Shown here: positions 63,988 to 64,000 of the stretch, piece by piece
Layout of the letters: each line of letters starts with the position of its first letter
Position numbering within the stretch: position 1 is the first letter of the stretch
Translations under genes and position numbers: made by a program
The notes under the pieces: generated by a model
The model's database searches: none
What the model saw: only the letters and a program-made list of their open reading frames with translations
Told to the model about the DNA's origin: nothing
DNA from: Dimorphilus gyrociliatus
Taxonomy: Eukaryota; Animalia; Annelida
DNA: 64,000 bases
Reading direction: 5' to 3'
Assembly (NCBI GenBank): GCA_904063045.1
Contig: CAJFCJ010000024.1
Coordinates: 62,001-126,000, forward strand

Positions 63988-64000
63988 GTACGTAAATTTG

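Noticed and set aside
1-64000. tRNA, rRNA, snoRNA, CRISPR or transposon features
   Set aside because: No T-loop or cloverleaf, rRNA motifs, repeat-spacer arrays, terminal inverted repeats or transposase/RT ORFs were recognised. Small snoRNAs could be missed by eye.

Overview
AT-rich, gene-dense eukaryotic DNA with many ~60-110 nt GT-AG introns. Gene content and peptide motifs point to a compact-genomed lophotrochozoan, possibly an annelid (inference). Genes in order: TTC17-like TPR protein (-), nearly intronless alpha-spectrin (+), PUS7 (-) head-to-head with GRWD1 (+), a three-exon tachykinin-related precursor (+), GTPBP6/HflX (-), a divergent NR1-type nuclear receptor (+), PMCA (-), D2HGDH (-), an uncharacterised secreted clan GH-D-like glycosidase (+), an orphan 193-aa ORF (-), VPS33A (-), and the 5' end of a front-end fatty acid desaturase (+). 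Main discovery, not visible in the ORF track: the D2HGDH locus has one set of N-terminal FAD-domain exons followed by tandemly duplicated 3' cassettes that start at the same phase-0 codon. Cassette A (51233-51750) keeps the metal and catalytic ligands but has lost the residues that bind the distal carboxylate of D-2-hydroxyglutarate. Cassette B (46638-47208) is intact and canonical. A stop-disrupted cassette C lies between them. This suggests one gene making two enzymes of different specificity by choice of terminal exons. All exon models were read by hand from splice motifs and translation; none is transcript-verified. No tRNA, rRNA, CRISPR array or recognisable transposon was seen.
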